Position numbers and translations under genes: made by a program. 64,000 nucleotides of DNA from a virus (lineage: Duplodnaviria; Caudoviricetes), in the IMG/VR virus record IMGVR_UViG_3300044981_000214; one strand, 5' to 3'. Within the stretch, counting starts at the first letter, position 1. Every line of letters begins with the position of its first letter. Shown one piece after another: positions 28,074 to 36,904 of this stretch. The notes under the pieces were generated by a model. The model saw only the letters and a program-made list of their open reading frames with translations. It searched no databases and had not been told where the DNA came from.

Positions 28074-28415
28074 TTAAGTATCCAATAACCCAACGCGATC
28101 AGCCGTGTCAAGTTCGACTAGCTTGCAGTCAGCAAGTAGATCGTTGAGATGCGGTAGCCACAACCCGAAGAATCCATACTCACCTGCACTGCTATCTCGG
28201 ATCGCACGCCATTTTGGCCACGGACTGTTCGCGACGGATTTGAATGCCCGATGTCGCTCGACGAGAAATCTTCCTACTTTGTCCTTCGCGACAGACACCT
28301 GTCTAACGGTGTACGCGCCTAGGCTACTGTTTCCGGCCCAATCCGCAGTGTCGTACTCGATAGACTGTGTACCATCAAGGAACTTTGGATTCGTGATAGC
28401 ATCAGCGACTCTCAT
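28074..28415 (-). CDS. Hypothetical protein
   Basis: ORF in packed array. Confidence 0.65.
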   Translation of the reverse strand: MRVADAITNPKFLDGTQSIEYDTADWAGNSSLGAYTVRQVSVAKDKVGRFLVERHRAFKSVANSPWPKWRAIRDSSAGEYGFFGLWLPHLNDLLADCKLVELDTADRVGLLDT

Positions 28416-28598
28416 TTACACATGCTCCGTAATATCTCGTGTGTCGGTGGAGTCGAGGCGTTGTAGTTCCTCAATGAGAAATCCGAGAAGGTCTAGTGCA
28501 GCTCTGACCTTCTCGGGAGCACTTCGCGTAGCAATGAGCGACTGCGCCTCGTCGTGGAGTGCCTTAGCTTTAGTAAGGTCGATTTCGTGTAGCTTCAT
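28416..28598 (-). CDS. Hypothetical protein
   Basis: ORF in packed array. Confidence 0.6.
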   Translation of the reverse strand: MKLHEIDLTKAKALHDEAQSLIATRSAPEKVRAALDLLGFLIEELQRLDSTDTRDITEHV

Positions 28599-28659
28599 TA
28601 TGAATTCCGTTCAGTTCACTGTGCTTTGGTTAGCTTCGCCATTTTTAGCTTAGTGTTAG

Positions 28660-29064
28660 CTACCAGTGAGGCGTACCTAGTCCGGGTTTGATAGCTGTCA
28701 GTTGATCTTCGCCTAGTCCGTGAACAGGTCTATATACAGCCTCAATCAATAGACTTGCAGCGGTAAATTTCTGGTTACGCCAGATTTCGAAGTCCCGCCC
28801 GGTTTGACTCACATCCCATTCACTACGCCTCTTGGTAGCTACTGTGTATAGAGGCGTACCATCGCAGTCACGGTCATGTGCCACGACATACATGTGCGCG
28901 ATTATTTTGCGTCCTGCATCGTTCCCGAAATATTCATCGTACTTGACTTCTACAAGCTCATCAATCGGGTACTTGTGTTTGCTAGTAAGGTTATTTTCTC
29001 TAATCGTTCTGCCGTTTGACTCGATGATCTCGCTGAATTTGATGAAATTAGTCACTGGGGGCAC
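28660..29064 (-). CDS. Hypothetical phage protein
   Basis: HKYPIDELVEV...RDCDGTPLY motif. Confidence 0.7.
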   Translation of the reverse strand: MPPVTNFIKFSEIIESNGRTIRENNLTSKHKYPIDELVEVKYDEYFGNDAGRKIIAHMYVVAHDRDCDGTPLYTVATKRRSEWDVSQTGRDFEIWRNQKFTAASLLIEAVYRPVHGLGEDQLTAIKPGLGTPHW

Positions 29065-29372
29065 TCCCTAGTCAACCACCAGACATACTGGAATAGATCA
29101 GCACCAGCACCGTCTACTGCCCATTTCTCTTCTTGTGGAGGTCCCAGCAACCGCCAGCCTTCGTTCAGCATCTCCAAGATACAATAGTATCGAGGAATAT
29201 CTGCACCTGGCGTGTGGCCGATAAAGTACGGAGGCCAATCGTATACTTGGTTCTGCAATTTCTTGCGGACTAACAACGACGAGTCCTCATAGGACCAACC
29301 GTCGATCTCGGCGCGGAGATTCGGCTTTGCAGTTGTCACCGAAGCGACTTGGACTTGGTTTTTCTTGTTCAT
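29052..29372 (-). CDS. Hypothetical protein
   Basis: ORF; GWRLLGPP. Confidence 0.65.
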   Translation of the reverse strand: MNKKNQVQVASVTTAKPNLRAEIDGWSYEDSSLLVRKKLQNQVYDWPPYFIGHTPGADIPRYYCILEMLNEGWRLLGPPQEEKWAVDGAGADLFQYVWWLTRECPQ

Positions 29373-29373
29373 A

Positions 29374-29589
29374 TTATTCGCCGTTCAACGCCTCGCGACC
29401 ACCTTCACGAATCCATTCGTTGTAGTCCTCGAACGTTTCGAACAGCAGGTATTCGCGCGCGCCGAACTTATACCGGCCGGTGTCTGCCTGGCCTGCGCAG
29501 ACCACTTTGGCTGCATCGGGCATGGCGAACGCCTTGGCACCCGCCTCGGACATTGACACAACACGCAGGAATCGATCACGCTCAAACAT
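29374..29589 (-). CDS. Hypothetical protein
   Basis: ORF in packed array. Confidence 0.55.
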   Translation of the reverse strand: MFERDRFLRVVSMSEAGAKAFAMPDAAKVVCAGQADTGRYKFGAREYLLFETFEDYNEWIREGGREALNGE

Positions 29590-29620
29590 TTTTCTTTAAT
29601 CCAATTTAGCAAGAAAAAAG

Positions 29621-30646
29621 TTAGGCAGCGACGGCCTCAACCGGCTCGCCCTTCCGCTTACGCGGCTTGGCCTTCTTCGCCGCCTCACGGACCTGGGTCA
29701 GCAGGACGCCCATCCGAGGATCGACGCCCTCCTCACCGAGGATCAGCTTGATGGCTGCAGCAGCACCATTCCAGAACGCTTGGCTCTCATCCTTGGTCGA
29801 CCTAGGAGACTCGACGATCGCCGTCAGAATCCGCTTCTGCGTCATCTTGTCGGACACGCCAACACGCTTGTTGGTGACCTTCGCCTTGGCCTGCTTGACC
29901 TCGCGCTGAGACGTACCCAACGACCCAGCGTTAGCCAGAATCTCGTCGAGCGCCGCCTTCTGCTTCTCAGAATCCTTGATCGTCGACAGCTCCCAGCCCG
30001 AAGTCTGGCTGATCTTGCCGGACTCGACCGCCTTCTTGACGGACGAAACCGCGTTGTCGTCATAGTCGAGCCAGTTGCGGATCGTCGTGACGGTCGTGTC
30101 GAACTGGATCGCCACGGTCTCGTCGTCGACACCGCGCTCCTTGAGCTGCTTGACCTTGAGGATCTTGGTGGCGATGTCATCGTCGAAGCGGGCCTCGTTC
30201 TCGGCAATCGAGATTCCGAGCATACGAGCGTCGCTAGACGGCCGCACGATCTTGATCTCGACCTTCATCTCGGGCTCGCCGCGCTCCTTGCGCTGCCGAT
30301 TGACAGCACGAGCAGCTCGGACACGCCGCCGACCAGCCACGACCGTAGCCACACCGTCGATCTTGGCGACGAGGACGGTCTCCAGGACACCGTTGTAATC
30401 GACATTGGCCACGAACGACTTCTTCAGCGCCATGGTGTTACGGCTATCCCAGAGCGTGTGGGTCGGGCCGTCGTCAGTGTCCAGGTCACCTGCCTCCTCG
30501 GCAGGCAAACTCTTGCCGCCGATGATACGAAGATCGGTGATAGGGTCGACGTTGAAGAACCCACCGACACGAGAAAAATCGAAGGACTGCTTCTTGTTCG
30601 TAACGTTATCGGTATCGGACTTATCAGACTTCTTACGCATATTCAT
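29621..30646 (-). CDS. ParB-like protein (ParB/Srx N-domain + HTH)
   Basis: VVAGRRRVRAA arginine patch, SIAENEAR, HTH DETVAIQFDTTVTTIRNWL; strong G/C third-position bias. Confidence 0.85.
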   Translation of the reverse strand: MNMRKKSDKSDTDNVTNKKQSFDFSRVGGFFNVDPITDLRIIGGKSLPAEEAGDLDTDDGPTHTLWDSRNTMALKKSFVANVDYNGVLETVLVAKIDGVATVVAGRRRVRAARAVNRQRKERGEPEMKVEIKIVRPSSDARMLGISIAENEARFDDDIATKILKVKQLKERGVDDETVAIQFDTTVTTIRNWLDYDDNAVSSVKKAVESGKISQTSGWELSTIKDSEKQKAALDEILANAGSLGTSQREVKQAKAKVTNKRVGVSDKMTQKRILTAIVESPRSTKDESQAFWNGAAAAIKLILGEEGVDPRMGVLLTQVREAAKKAKPRKRKGEPVEAVAA

Positions 30647-30724
30647 TTCCTTGAAAGATGAAAATCAGGCCGTTGGCGTTTTGGTTGTTGAATTTGCCCT
30701 GTATGGCCCTTGTTGTAGATGCAA

Positions 30725-30750
30725 GACGTTTGGTACCACAATCCTATTTC
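30725..30750 (-). promoter_or_regulatory. ECF-like promoter GAAATA-N16-CGTC upstream of ParB-like gene
   Basis: Motif match in intergenic DNA. Confidence 0.6.
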
Positions 30751-30888
30751 ACTTGTCGAGAGTATTTTGTGATGCGTTCTGGAAGTAGACGAAACATCAA
30801 CTATAAATGTATTCGATCGACAACGAAATAAAAATTATGCTATAGGAGGAAATCGGGTTCCCGCGCCTAGATTTTTTGGTGTTCGTAA

Positions 30889-30913
30889 GAAATAAAACCT
30901 CCAACAAGACGTT
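30889..30913 (+). promoter_or_regulatory. ECF-like promoter variant GAAATA-N15-CGTT
   Basis: 8 nt to ATG 30922. Confidence 0.55.
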
Positions 30914-30921
30914 ATACCGTC

Positions 30922-31122
30922 ATGCGAGACACCAACAGCCTCATCCAACTGATCTCTAACTATCATGAAATTCCGGCTATCGAGCAATATCTGCTGAGCC
31001 TCGTGTCGGCGGCTGCTAGCATCGCCTACAACCATGGGCCAACCCGCCACAAGATCCACAACCCGGAGTTGTTCGTCGATAACATCTATCAGGTAGACGA
31101 CTATCTGGCGTACAACGCTTAG
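30922..31122 (+). CDS. Hypothetical protein
   Basis: ORF with promoter motif. Confidence 0.6.
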   Translation: MRDTNSLIQLISNYHEIPAIEQYLLSLVSAAASIAYNHGPTRHKIHNPELFVDNIYQVDDYLAYNA

Positions 31123-31148
31123 ATGAACACAGCAAGTAAGGAAGTAAA

Positions 31149-31376
31149 ATGTTCGCCTTCATTGTAGCCCTATACGTCCTTGCCATACTTGCTCATGCTG
31201 GGCTTCTCGCCCTATATGTTTGGTATGGCCAGATTGCGTATCGCCTGTCGCGACAAGACCTGAGTCTGCAGATGATGCGCGACGAAATCGCTAGACTCGA
31301 AAAGCTAGTAACGGGTAAGAAAGACCGTATGGATATTATTCCCCGGCCACCAGTACAACCAAAGAAAGCCAATTAG
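31149..31376 (+). CDS. Single-pass membrane protein
   Basis: N-terminal hydrophobic helix plus short coiled coil. Confidence 0.65.
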   Translation: MFAFIVALYVLAILAHAGLLALYVWYGQIAYRLSRQDLSLQMMRDEIARLEKLVTGKKDRMDIIPRPPVQPKKAN

Positions 31377-31661
31377 ATGGGTCGTCGTAGAGCTATTCCA
31401 CGCTGTCTAAACGGTGACCATGTTTACGAACCTATGCAACGGTCACGTAATGGCTTGCTGCGCGAGAAATGTTGTAAGTGCGGTGATATTTTTCCGTGCC
31501 GCAATGCCTGCGGACATTACGACTGCATGCAGGCTCGCGGTGAGCCATCGCCGCTCGATCCTGATTATTACACCAACTTGGAGCTGAAAGAGGCTGCGCA
31601 GGAGGCGGTACAGTCTAGGATCGATGTTCTTTTAAATACGGAGCCTATCGTCAATGAGTAA
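31377..31661 (+). CDS. Cys/His-rich hypothetical protein
   Basis: CCKCG..FPC...CGHYDC. Confidence 0.65.
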   Translation: MGRRRAIPRCLNGDHVYEPMQRSRNGLLREKCCKCGDIFPCRNACGHYDCMQARGEPSPLDPDYYTNLELKEAAQEAVQSRIDVLLNTEPIVNE

Positions 31662-31890
31662 ATTTCCTCTCGAAGCAAAGTATATGAAGGCGCCCGGATC
31701 GCACACGGAGCGTCAAATGACGACGAATAATTTGGATTGTGGCCGAAGCAAATCTAAGTTTGGAACCAATCTTCTACCGATCGAGACGGCTAGAGTGTAC
31801 AAGGCTGTCGGTGACGTTATTGCCGACGCACTTGCTGATTATGTGTGTACTTACGCCTTTCGTGCGTTAAAGGCCTTGCAGGACCGCTAG
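31654..31890 (+). CDS. Hypothetical protein
   Basis: Overlapping-start ORF. Confidence 0.5.
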   Translation: MSKFPLEAKYMKAPGSHTERQMTTNNLDCGRSKSKFGTNLLPIETARVYKAVGDVIADALADYVCTYAFRALKALQDR

Positions 31891-32142
31891 ATCAGCTTCG
31901 GTACGCGGCATACCAAGACCGGCACGGAGTAGATCGCGCACAGCTTCGCTCAAATTCAATTTTTGCATCTTGTATCGCCTGGAATTGACGGCTATGCCAG
32001 AGGCTACAAGCAGCTTTCTGGCGTGTGCCTCTAACTTGTCTTTTAGCGTATCGTCGACGACAACATGTAGATGGTGCAGATCGTCGGACTTCGTCTTTTT
32101 AGATGTTGGCTTACTTGTTGTACTTGTTGTCTTCACAAACAA
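31867..32142 (-). CDS. Ribbon-helix-helix regulator
   Basis: LHVVVDDTLKDKLE...NLSEAVRDLLRAGL. Confidence 0.65.
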   Translation of the reverse strand: MFVKTTSTTSKPTSKKTKSDDLHHLHVVVDDTLKDKLEAHARKLLVASGIAVNSRRYKMQKLNLSEAVRDLLRAGLGMPRTEADLAVLQGL

Positions 32143-32178
32143 GATCTTACCTATACCAAGACCCTAGTCAAGACCCTA
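32143..32178 (-). promoter_or_regulatory. Sigma70-like promoter overlapped by direct repeat CAAGACCCTA x2
   Basis: TTGACT-N16-TAAGAT; repeats at 32157 and 32169. Confidence 0.5.
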
Positions 32179-32415
32179 TTGCGATTCTTCGTTAGAAGAC
32201 AACCACATCGATAGGTACTCAGCAATTTTCTGCTGTTCTTCATTCATCAACCGCCAACACTCGTCAAGTTGCTCAACGAACCAGGCTTCTTCGTGTTTAG
32301 ACAGCTCACGGTTGTTCTGCTCTGCCATCTTCCTTCGAAATAGCAATTCAATGAACAGCTCTCGATAGCGTTTAGCAGCGTCGAAGATCAACATTGGGGG
32401 TCGGCTGCTAGCCAA
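32176..32415 (-). CDS. Hypothetical protein
   Basis: ORF. Confidence 0.6.
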   Translation of the reverse strand: MASSRPPMLIFDAAKRYRELFIELLFRRKMAEQNNRELSKHEEAWFVEQLDECWRLMNEEQQKIAEYLSMWLSSNEESQ

Positions 32416-32648
32416 AGTGCTATCGGTATAGTGGCTAGAGGAGGCACAATTAACAGCAACGGACTTTGGCTGAGGGTCTCAGAAAAGGTCAAAGGAGGTA
32501 GATTCTGCTGCTGTCGGGCAGAATTGTTCATAGCCTGCACTAAGGCTACTAGTGCACCTCCCATAAGTAGCCCTCCCGTGACCATCAGTCCACCACGGGT
32601 AAACCGCGAACTTTTAGCACAACTCGGGTGCGTTACCACGACTGCCAT
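32388..32648 (-). CDS. Two-TM membrane protein
   Basis: Two hydrophobic segments. Confidence 0.65.
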   Translation of the reverse strand: MAVVVTHPSCAKSSRFTRGGLMVTGGLLMGGALVALVQAMNNSARQQQNLPPLTFSETLSQSPLLLIVPPLATIPIALWLAADPQC

Positions 32649-32927
32649 CTACCTGGCTCGCTTTCGTCGCGGTCCGATTGGACAAGTCTTAGCTGCCGCC
32701 TTCAAAGCTGCACGTTTAGCTGCTTCGCGGGTCTTTACGACACCTTCTTTGGCTATTCGGCTACTAGCAGGGTCGAATGGTTCAGGTGTAGACGTCAAAT
32801 CGCCAGTGCCGACACGCCAACGCCACTTATATTTCTCCGGCAAAATCGCTACCGCGCAATTATTACCTACCCAAGCCTGGTAGGCATGTCGTTTAGCGCT
32901 TTCGTACCAAATCGGTTTCTTTTTCAT
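32649..32927 (-). CDS. Small basic protein
   Basis: K/R-rich; tail PRRKRAR. Confidence 0.65.
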   Translation of the reverse strand: MKKKPIWYESAKRHAYQAWVGNNCAVAILPEKYKWRWRVGTGDLTSTPEPFDPASSRIAKEGVVKTREAAKRAALKAAAKTCPIGPRRKRAR

Positions 32928-32941
32928 AAAGAAAACGCCCT

Positions 32942-33148
32942 TTAACTACAACGCTGATGCTTCTTCAGCCAACGCACTTCATGCGCGGCCGTCTGCCGTG
33001 CGTCTTGTTTGTCGCTCGCGAAATAGCTACCGCGGACTCGATTTCTCACCATAACCTTTACGATGTATTCCTTGGTATCCGAGTCGCGACAAATCCGTAC
33101 TCGACATTTAGTGCCTACGTAGGTCTCATGATACTTCCTAATTGCCAT
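32942..33148 (-). CDS. Small basic protein
   Basis: ORF; TAAAAT -10 upstream. Confidence 0.65.
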   Translation of the reverse strand: MAIRKYHETYVGTKCRVRICRDSDTKEYIVKVMVRNRVRGSYFASDKQDARQTAAHEVRWLKKHQRCS

Positions 33149-33201
33149 AGTCTATGTATTTTACCACGCACTACTGGCTACTATCATGATAGATTTGAAA
33201 C

Positions 33202-33438
33202 ATGGCAAGAAGAAAGCGTAGATACCGTAAGACATGGACGAAGTGTAAGAGCTATTCGGCTAAGTCCGGTACAATCAAGATCGGCAGTAAGTCTTATCGA
33301 TTGAAGTCTGCCGTTACTGGCCGAGTTCAGGTATGCCCGACAAAGAACGGTAAGCACACTAGCTACAAGGCTGTGACTCCTAGCGGGAGTTTTGTAAAGC
33401 TGCGTAAGGTCCCCCGCCGTCGTCGGCGCAGTCGGTAA
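33202..33438 (+). CDS. Arg/Lys-rich putative DNA-condensing protein
   Basis: MARRKRRYRK...PRRRRRSR. Confidence 0.7.
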   Translation: MARRKRRYRKTWTKCKSYSAKSGTIKIGSKSYRLKSAVTGRVQVCPTKNGKHTSYKAVTPSGSFVKLRKVPRRRRRSR

Positions 33439-33450
33439 AAATACCACACT

Positions 33451-33466
33451 GATCGTTATATCGATC
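33451..33466. promoter_or_regulatory. Palindromic site GATCGTTATATCGATC (degenerate GATCGC-N4-GCGATC)
   Basis: Intergenic, 5 bp before TATTAT -10 of sedolisin gene. Confidence 0.6.
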
Positions 33467-33483
33467 AATGGTATTATGGGTGC

Positions 33484-34776
33484 ATGTCAAACATAAAACC
33501 GTATTATAAACCGCGTGCAGCGAGTGACGGTTCTTGGACAGTTCCGGCGCTTTGTGCTGCATATAATTGGCCTACTGGATTAGCTGGTGGCGGAGTTATC
33601 GGCATTGTCGAGCTTGGTGGAGGCTGGGTGGCCTCTGATCTACAAGCCTTTTTCTCATCTATCAGCCAACCGATGCCAACAGTCACAGATGTCTCTGTAG
33701 ACACGACTGTTAATACCCCCGACCCTAGCCCCAATAGTGCAGATGGTGAAGTAGCACTCGATATCGAAGTCGCTGCTGCGGCTTACTTTGCAGCTACGAA
33801 CCAGCCGGCTAATATCCGGGTTTATTGGTCACAAGATATCGCTAGCGCTGTGCGCAAGGCGGTAGCTGACGGTTGCGATGTTATCTCTATCAGTTGGGGT
33901 GCGGATGAAGCTCAATGGGGTGCAACGGCAGCCAATGACATGGAAGCAGCTGCCCAGGAAGCCAATGCTGCAGGCGTGATTGTATTTGCGGCTGCTGGCG
34001 ATAACGACTCCAGTGACGGCGGCCCCGGCGCAGCTAACGTCGACCTTCCTGCCTCGGCGCCGCACGTAATAGGCTGCGGTGGTACAAACAAGACTTCTAC
34101 TGCTGAGTCGGTCTGGAATAACAATCCTGGCCAAAGCAACGGTGAAGGTACCGGTGGCGGCTATTCTACGTTGTTTCAGATGTCAGCCTGGATGACAGGC
34201 GCACCCGCGGGACCTAACAATGGCCGTATGGTGCCTGATGTCGCTGCCGACGCCGATCCAAACACAGGGTATCAGATTTTCTTTCACGGTAGCCAACAGA
34301 TAATTGGCGGTACGAGTGCGGTTGCGCCGTTGTATGCTGGTCTTGCTGCTGCAGCAGGAACTAAGAAAGGCGCTAATATCGGAGCGACAATTTGGGCAAA
34401 CCCGAATTGCTTTACCGATATCACGAGTGGCGATAATGGCGCGTTCAAGGCCGCTGTTGGGCCCGACCCGTGTACAGGCCTAGGAGCACCGATTGGCAAT
34501 TTATTGGTAGCTGCGATTAGCGGTAACGCTGTAGCGCCAACGCCACCAGCTCCGGGACCTACACCAGATCCGACGCCAACTCCGCCAGATCCGACGCCTA
34601 CGCCAGATCCGACGCCAACTCCGACTCCAACTCCAACACCGACTCCAACTCCAACACCGACGCCGCCTCCCCCAGCAGGTCCAACTGAGGACGATGTTAT
34701 CGATGCAATCAAGAAAGGCATGGATAAGGCTACAGACGTGATTATTGGTCTAGTCAAGGCGCTCTACAACAGCTAG
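33484..34776 (+). CDS. Sedolisin/kumamolisin-like S53 serine protease with Pro-Thr linker
   Basis: EVALD (Glu/Asp), AAGDND, GGTSAVAP (Ser), DPCTGLG; no signal peptide or pro-domain. Confidence 0.9.
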   Translation: MSNIKPYYKPRAASDGSWTVPALCAAYNWPTGLAGGGVIGIVELGGGWVASDLQAFFSSISQPMPTVTDVSVDTTVNTPDPSPNSADGEVALDIEVAAAAYFAATNQPANIRVYWSQDIASAVRKAVADGCDVISISWGADEAQWGATAANDMEAAAQEANAAGVIVFAAAGDNDSSDGGPGAANVDLPASAPHVIGCGGTNKTSTAESVWNNNPGQSNGEGTGGGYSTLFQMSAWMTGAPAGPNNGRMVPDVAADADPNTGYQIFFHGSQQIIGGTSAVAPLYAGLAAAAGTKKGANIGATIWANPNCFTDITSGDNGAFKAAVGPDPCTGLGAPIGNLLVAAISGNAVAPTPPAPGPTPDPTPTPPDPTPTPDPTPTPTPTPTPTPTPTPTPPPPAGPTEDDVIDAIKKGMDKATDVIIGLVKALYNS

Positions 34777-34825
34777 CATAGTCATTGGGCCCAGCCCATG
34801 AGGTCACCGTACGGTGGCTGCACTC

Positions 34826-34858
34826 AAAGCCCGGTCGCAAGATCGGGTTTTGTTTTTT
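34826..34858. terminator. Bidirectional intrinsic terminator
   Basis: AAAGCCCGGTC-GCAA-GATCGGGTTTT then T-run, between convergent genes. Confidence 0.8.
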
Positions 34859-35156
34859 AACGTCGTCTATGCCTACGCCGACCCAATCCCGATTTTTTAG
34901 CAGCCCTTTTAGCCATCCACACGCCGATACCGATAGCTAATATCGCCCCTCCACCTAACAATGTGGTTGTGCTAAGTCCAAATAGAGATGTCGTTGCTGC
35001 CGTTGCATCGCCAAAGCCCTGCGGTCCAAATCCAACGTAATAGACGTTGGGGTCATACATATACGAATAGCTATCGTTGCCATACACGTTACTATAAATG
35101 CGCTGCTCATCATACGCACGACGCATTGGCGGTGGAACGATTTCGGTAGCGTTCAT
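34857..35156 (-). CDS. Small virion-type membrane protein (C-terminal TM + Arg tail)
   Basis: GFGD; TM; SGLGRRRHRRR. Confidence 0.7.
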   Translation of the reverse strand: MNATEIVPPPMRRAYDEQRIYSNVYGNDSYSYMYDPNVYYVGFGPQGFGDATAATTSLFGLSTTTLLGGGAILAIGIGVWMAKRAAKKSGLGRRRHRRR

Positions 35157-35704
35157 TTATAGAACCTTGGATATCTCCGACGACGGCGTCCAAATGCAGC
35201 CGTTCGAGACGCTTGCTGCTTATTATGCTTCATCAATATTACTGCAGTTGCTGCTATCGCAACCCCAGCCGCAATAAGGCCAAATACCATTCCCGTAGAA
35301 CTCGTTGTAATACCTGGCGTTGCTCCAGATGTTATTCCCATCGAGGCTAGTGTAGCTGCGGCTCCACCTGCACTGGTATTGATCTGGCCACAGGAAGCTG
35401 CAGAACCTCCACCAGCGATACATGCCGCAACGGGGTCAAACCCAGGAGTAAACCCTGACCCACTTGCAGTGGGCGTAAAGTTTATGCCTTGTGTACAAGA
35501 TGTTTGTGACCCTCCACCGGCAACACATGCAGCTACAGGATCGAAGCCTGGACTGAATCCCGATGCAGATGATGCTACGTTTGGTCCTGCGGACGCGCAG
35601 CTTGCAGCAGAACCCCCACCAGCAACGCACGCCGCAACGGCATCAAAGCCGCTACTAGTTTCGTCCCCAAACCCGACGCTGTCTTGTAGAGTTGCTGATA
35701 TCAT
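35153..35704 (-). CDS. Membrane protein with 3 Cys-pair repeats, TM and Arg tail
   Basis: GFDPVAACVAGGGSAASC-like x3; AAFGRRRRR. Confidence 0.75.
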   Translation of the reverse strand: MISATLQDSVGFGDETSSGFDAVAACVAGGGSAASCASAGPNVASSASGFSPGFDPVAACVAGGGSQTSCTQGINFTPTASGSGFTPGFDPVAACIAGGGSAASCGQINTSAGGAAATLASMGITSGATPGITTSSTGMVFGLIAAGVAIAATAVILMKHNKQQASRTAAFGRRRRRYPRFYK

Positions 35705-35707
35705 TGA

Positions 35708-36811
35708 TTAACCCCTTCTCGAAAAACGACGACCAAACCGATGGCCAAAGGCAGCCGGCTTTTGTTCACGCCGTTTCTTTACGACGTAAACGACTCCGCC
35801 AAGCGCTGCTAGACCTCCGATTAGGTATAGCCACGTGTAGGAGCCGGTTGCTGGAGCGGCATACGCTGCTCCACCAGGCGCTGCATAACTTGTCGCAACA
35901 CCACTGGGAGCGTAACCTCCACCTTGCGGTGCATATCCGGTTGGTGCATATCCGGTTGGCGCGTAACCGCCACTCTGATCCCCGCCAACAGGGTAGTTAT
36001 CTGTTGCATATTGATCACCAGAACCGTCTCCAGAACCGTCTCCAGTTGATGTATTGATATTGGACATATCAACACCGCCCGAAGAATCGATAGGTAGCGG
36101 TGTAGAGCCGTCGGGCGGTGGAGGTAGTGCCGCACTACCGCTGTCAGTAGCCGTCGCACTTACTTGTGGTGGTAGTTCAGGCTCATTGCCTGGAAGTTGA
36201 CCCGCAACGAATTGGCTGACTAGAGTAGGAATCTGTGGCGTGACTTGCTGCAAGTACGCCAGGATTTCTGGTGACATCTGGGCAATCATCGTTACCGAGC
36301 CGTCCTGCATAGCCTGTTGCAGGGTCGCATCTAGCGGCTGCAGGTTGGCTAGGACGTCGAGACAGAGAATCGTCCAAGAGTGAGTACCTTCACTGACGAC
36401 ACCGTCGTAGCCGCCTGCGGCACTGTTGAGTAGCGGAAAAGTCCCTAGCGTTGGTGTGCCCGCGGGGATACCTAATTTTGCAGCAAGTGCTGCTGGATCG
36501 GCCATGCCATACTGCTGCTGCGCTGCAGCGATAGCAGCTAGTGCCTGATCGACCGCTTGTTGCATCTGGTAGACAGTCTGCTCAGCTTGATTGCCTTCGG
36601 CCGTAGCCTGAGGTACGAGCCCATGATTTGCTTGAAACGTCGACAGTGGCCGACAAATCAAGAAACCTGCTTCGTTTTGACATTGAAATGCAGCAGCGCT
36701 AAATGACCCGAATTGTCCACGGTAACCGTACGCATTAATACCGGGGCTCGGGCCGACTCGCGTAGCGTAGCCATTAACGGTTTGGCTATCGACCTTAGTC
36801 GAGAAAATCAT
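35708..36811 (-). CDS. Membrane protein with low-complexity stalk, TM and Arg tail
   Basis: GYAPT repeats; TM; AAFGHRFGRRFSRRG. Confidence 0.75.
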   Translation of the reverse strand: MIFSTKVDSQTVNGYATRVGPSPGINAYGYRGQFGSFSAAAFQCQNEAGFLICRPLSTFQANHGLVPQATAEGNQAEQTVYQMQQAVDQALAAIAAAQQQYGMADPAALAAKLGIPAGTPTLGTFPLLNSAAGGYDGVVSEGTHSWTILCLDVLANLQPLDATLQQAMQDGSVTMIAQMSPEILAYLQQVTPQIPTLVSQFVAGQLPGNEPELPPQVSATATDSGSAALPPPPDGSTPLPIDSSGGVDMSNINTSTGDGSGDGSGDQYATDNYPVGGDQSGGYAPTGYAPTGYAPQGGGYAPSGVATSYAAPGGAAYAAPATGSYTWLYLIGGLAALGGVVYVVKKRREQKPAAFGHRFGRRFSRRG

Positions 36812-36851
36812 ACATCAATTAAACCATGATTGACGATAGCTTACAAGTAAT

Positions 36852-36867
36852 GATCGCGATAGCGATC
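36852..36867. promoter_or_regulatory. Palindromic site GATCGCGATAGCGATC
   Basis: Divergent intergenic region; symmetry extends with AAT/ATT. Confidence 0.75.
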
Positions 36868-36904
36868 ATTGCCTTTATGCCTCACTTTGAGGTAATATAG
36901 ATGT

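Noticed and set aside
29780-30661. 293-aa plus-strand ORF
   Set aside because: Antisense shadow of the GC3-biased ParB-like gene.
34284-34757. GV-repeat minus-strand ORF
   Set aside because: Antisense reading of the Pro-Thr linker of the sedolisin.
34786-34825. tRNA or hammerhead ribozyme
   Set aside because: No T-loop GTTCRA or acceptor stem; no CTGATGA/GAAA core.
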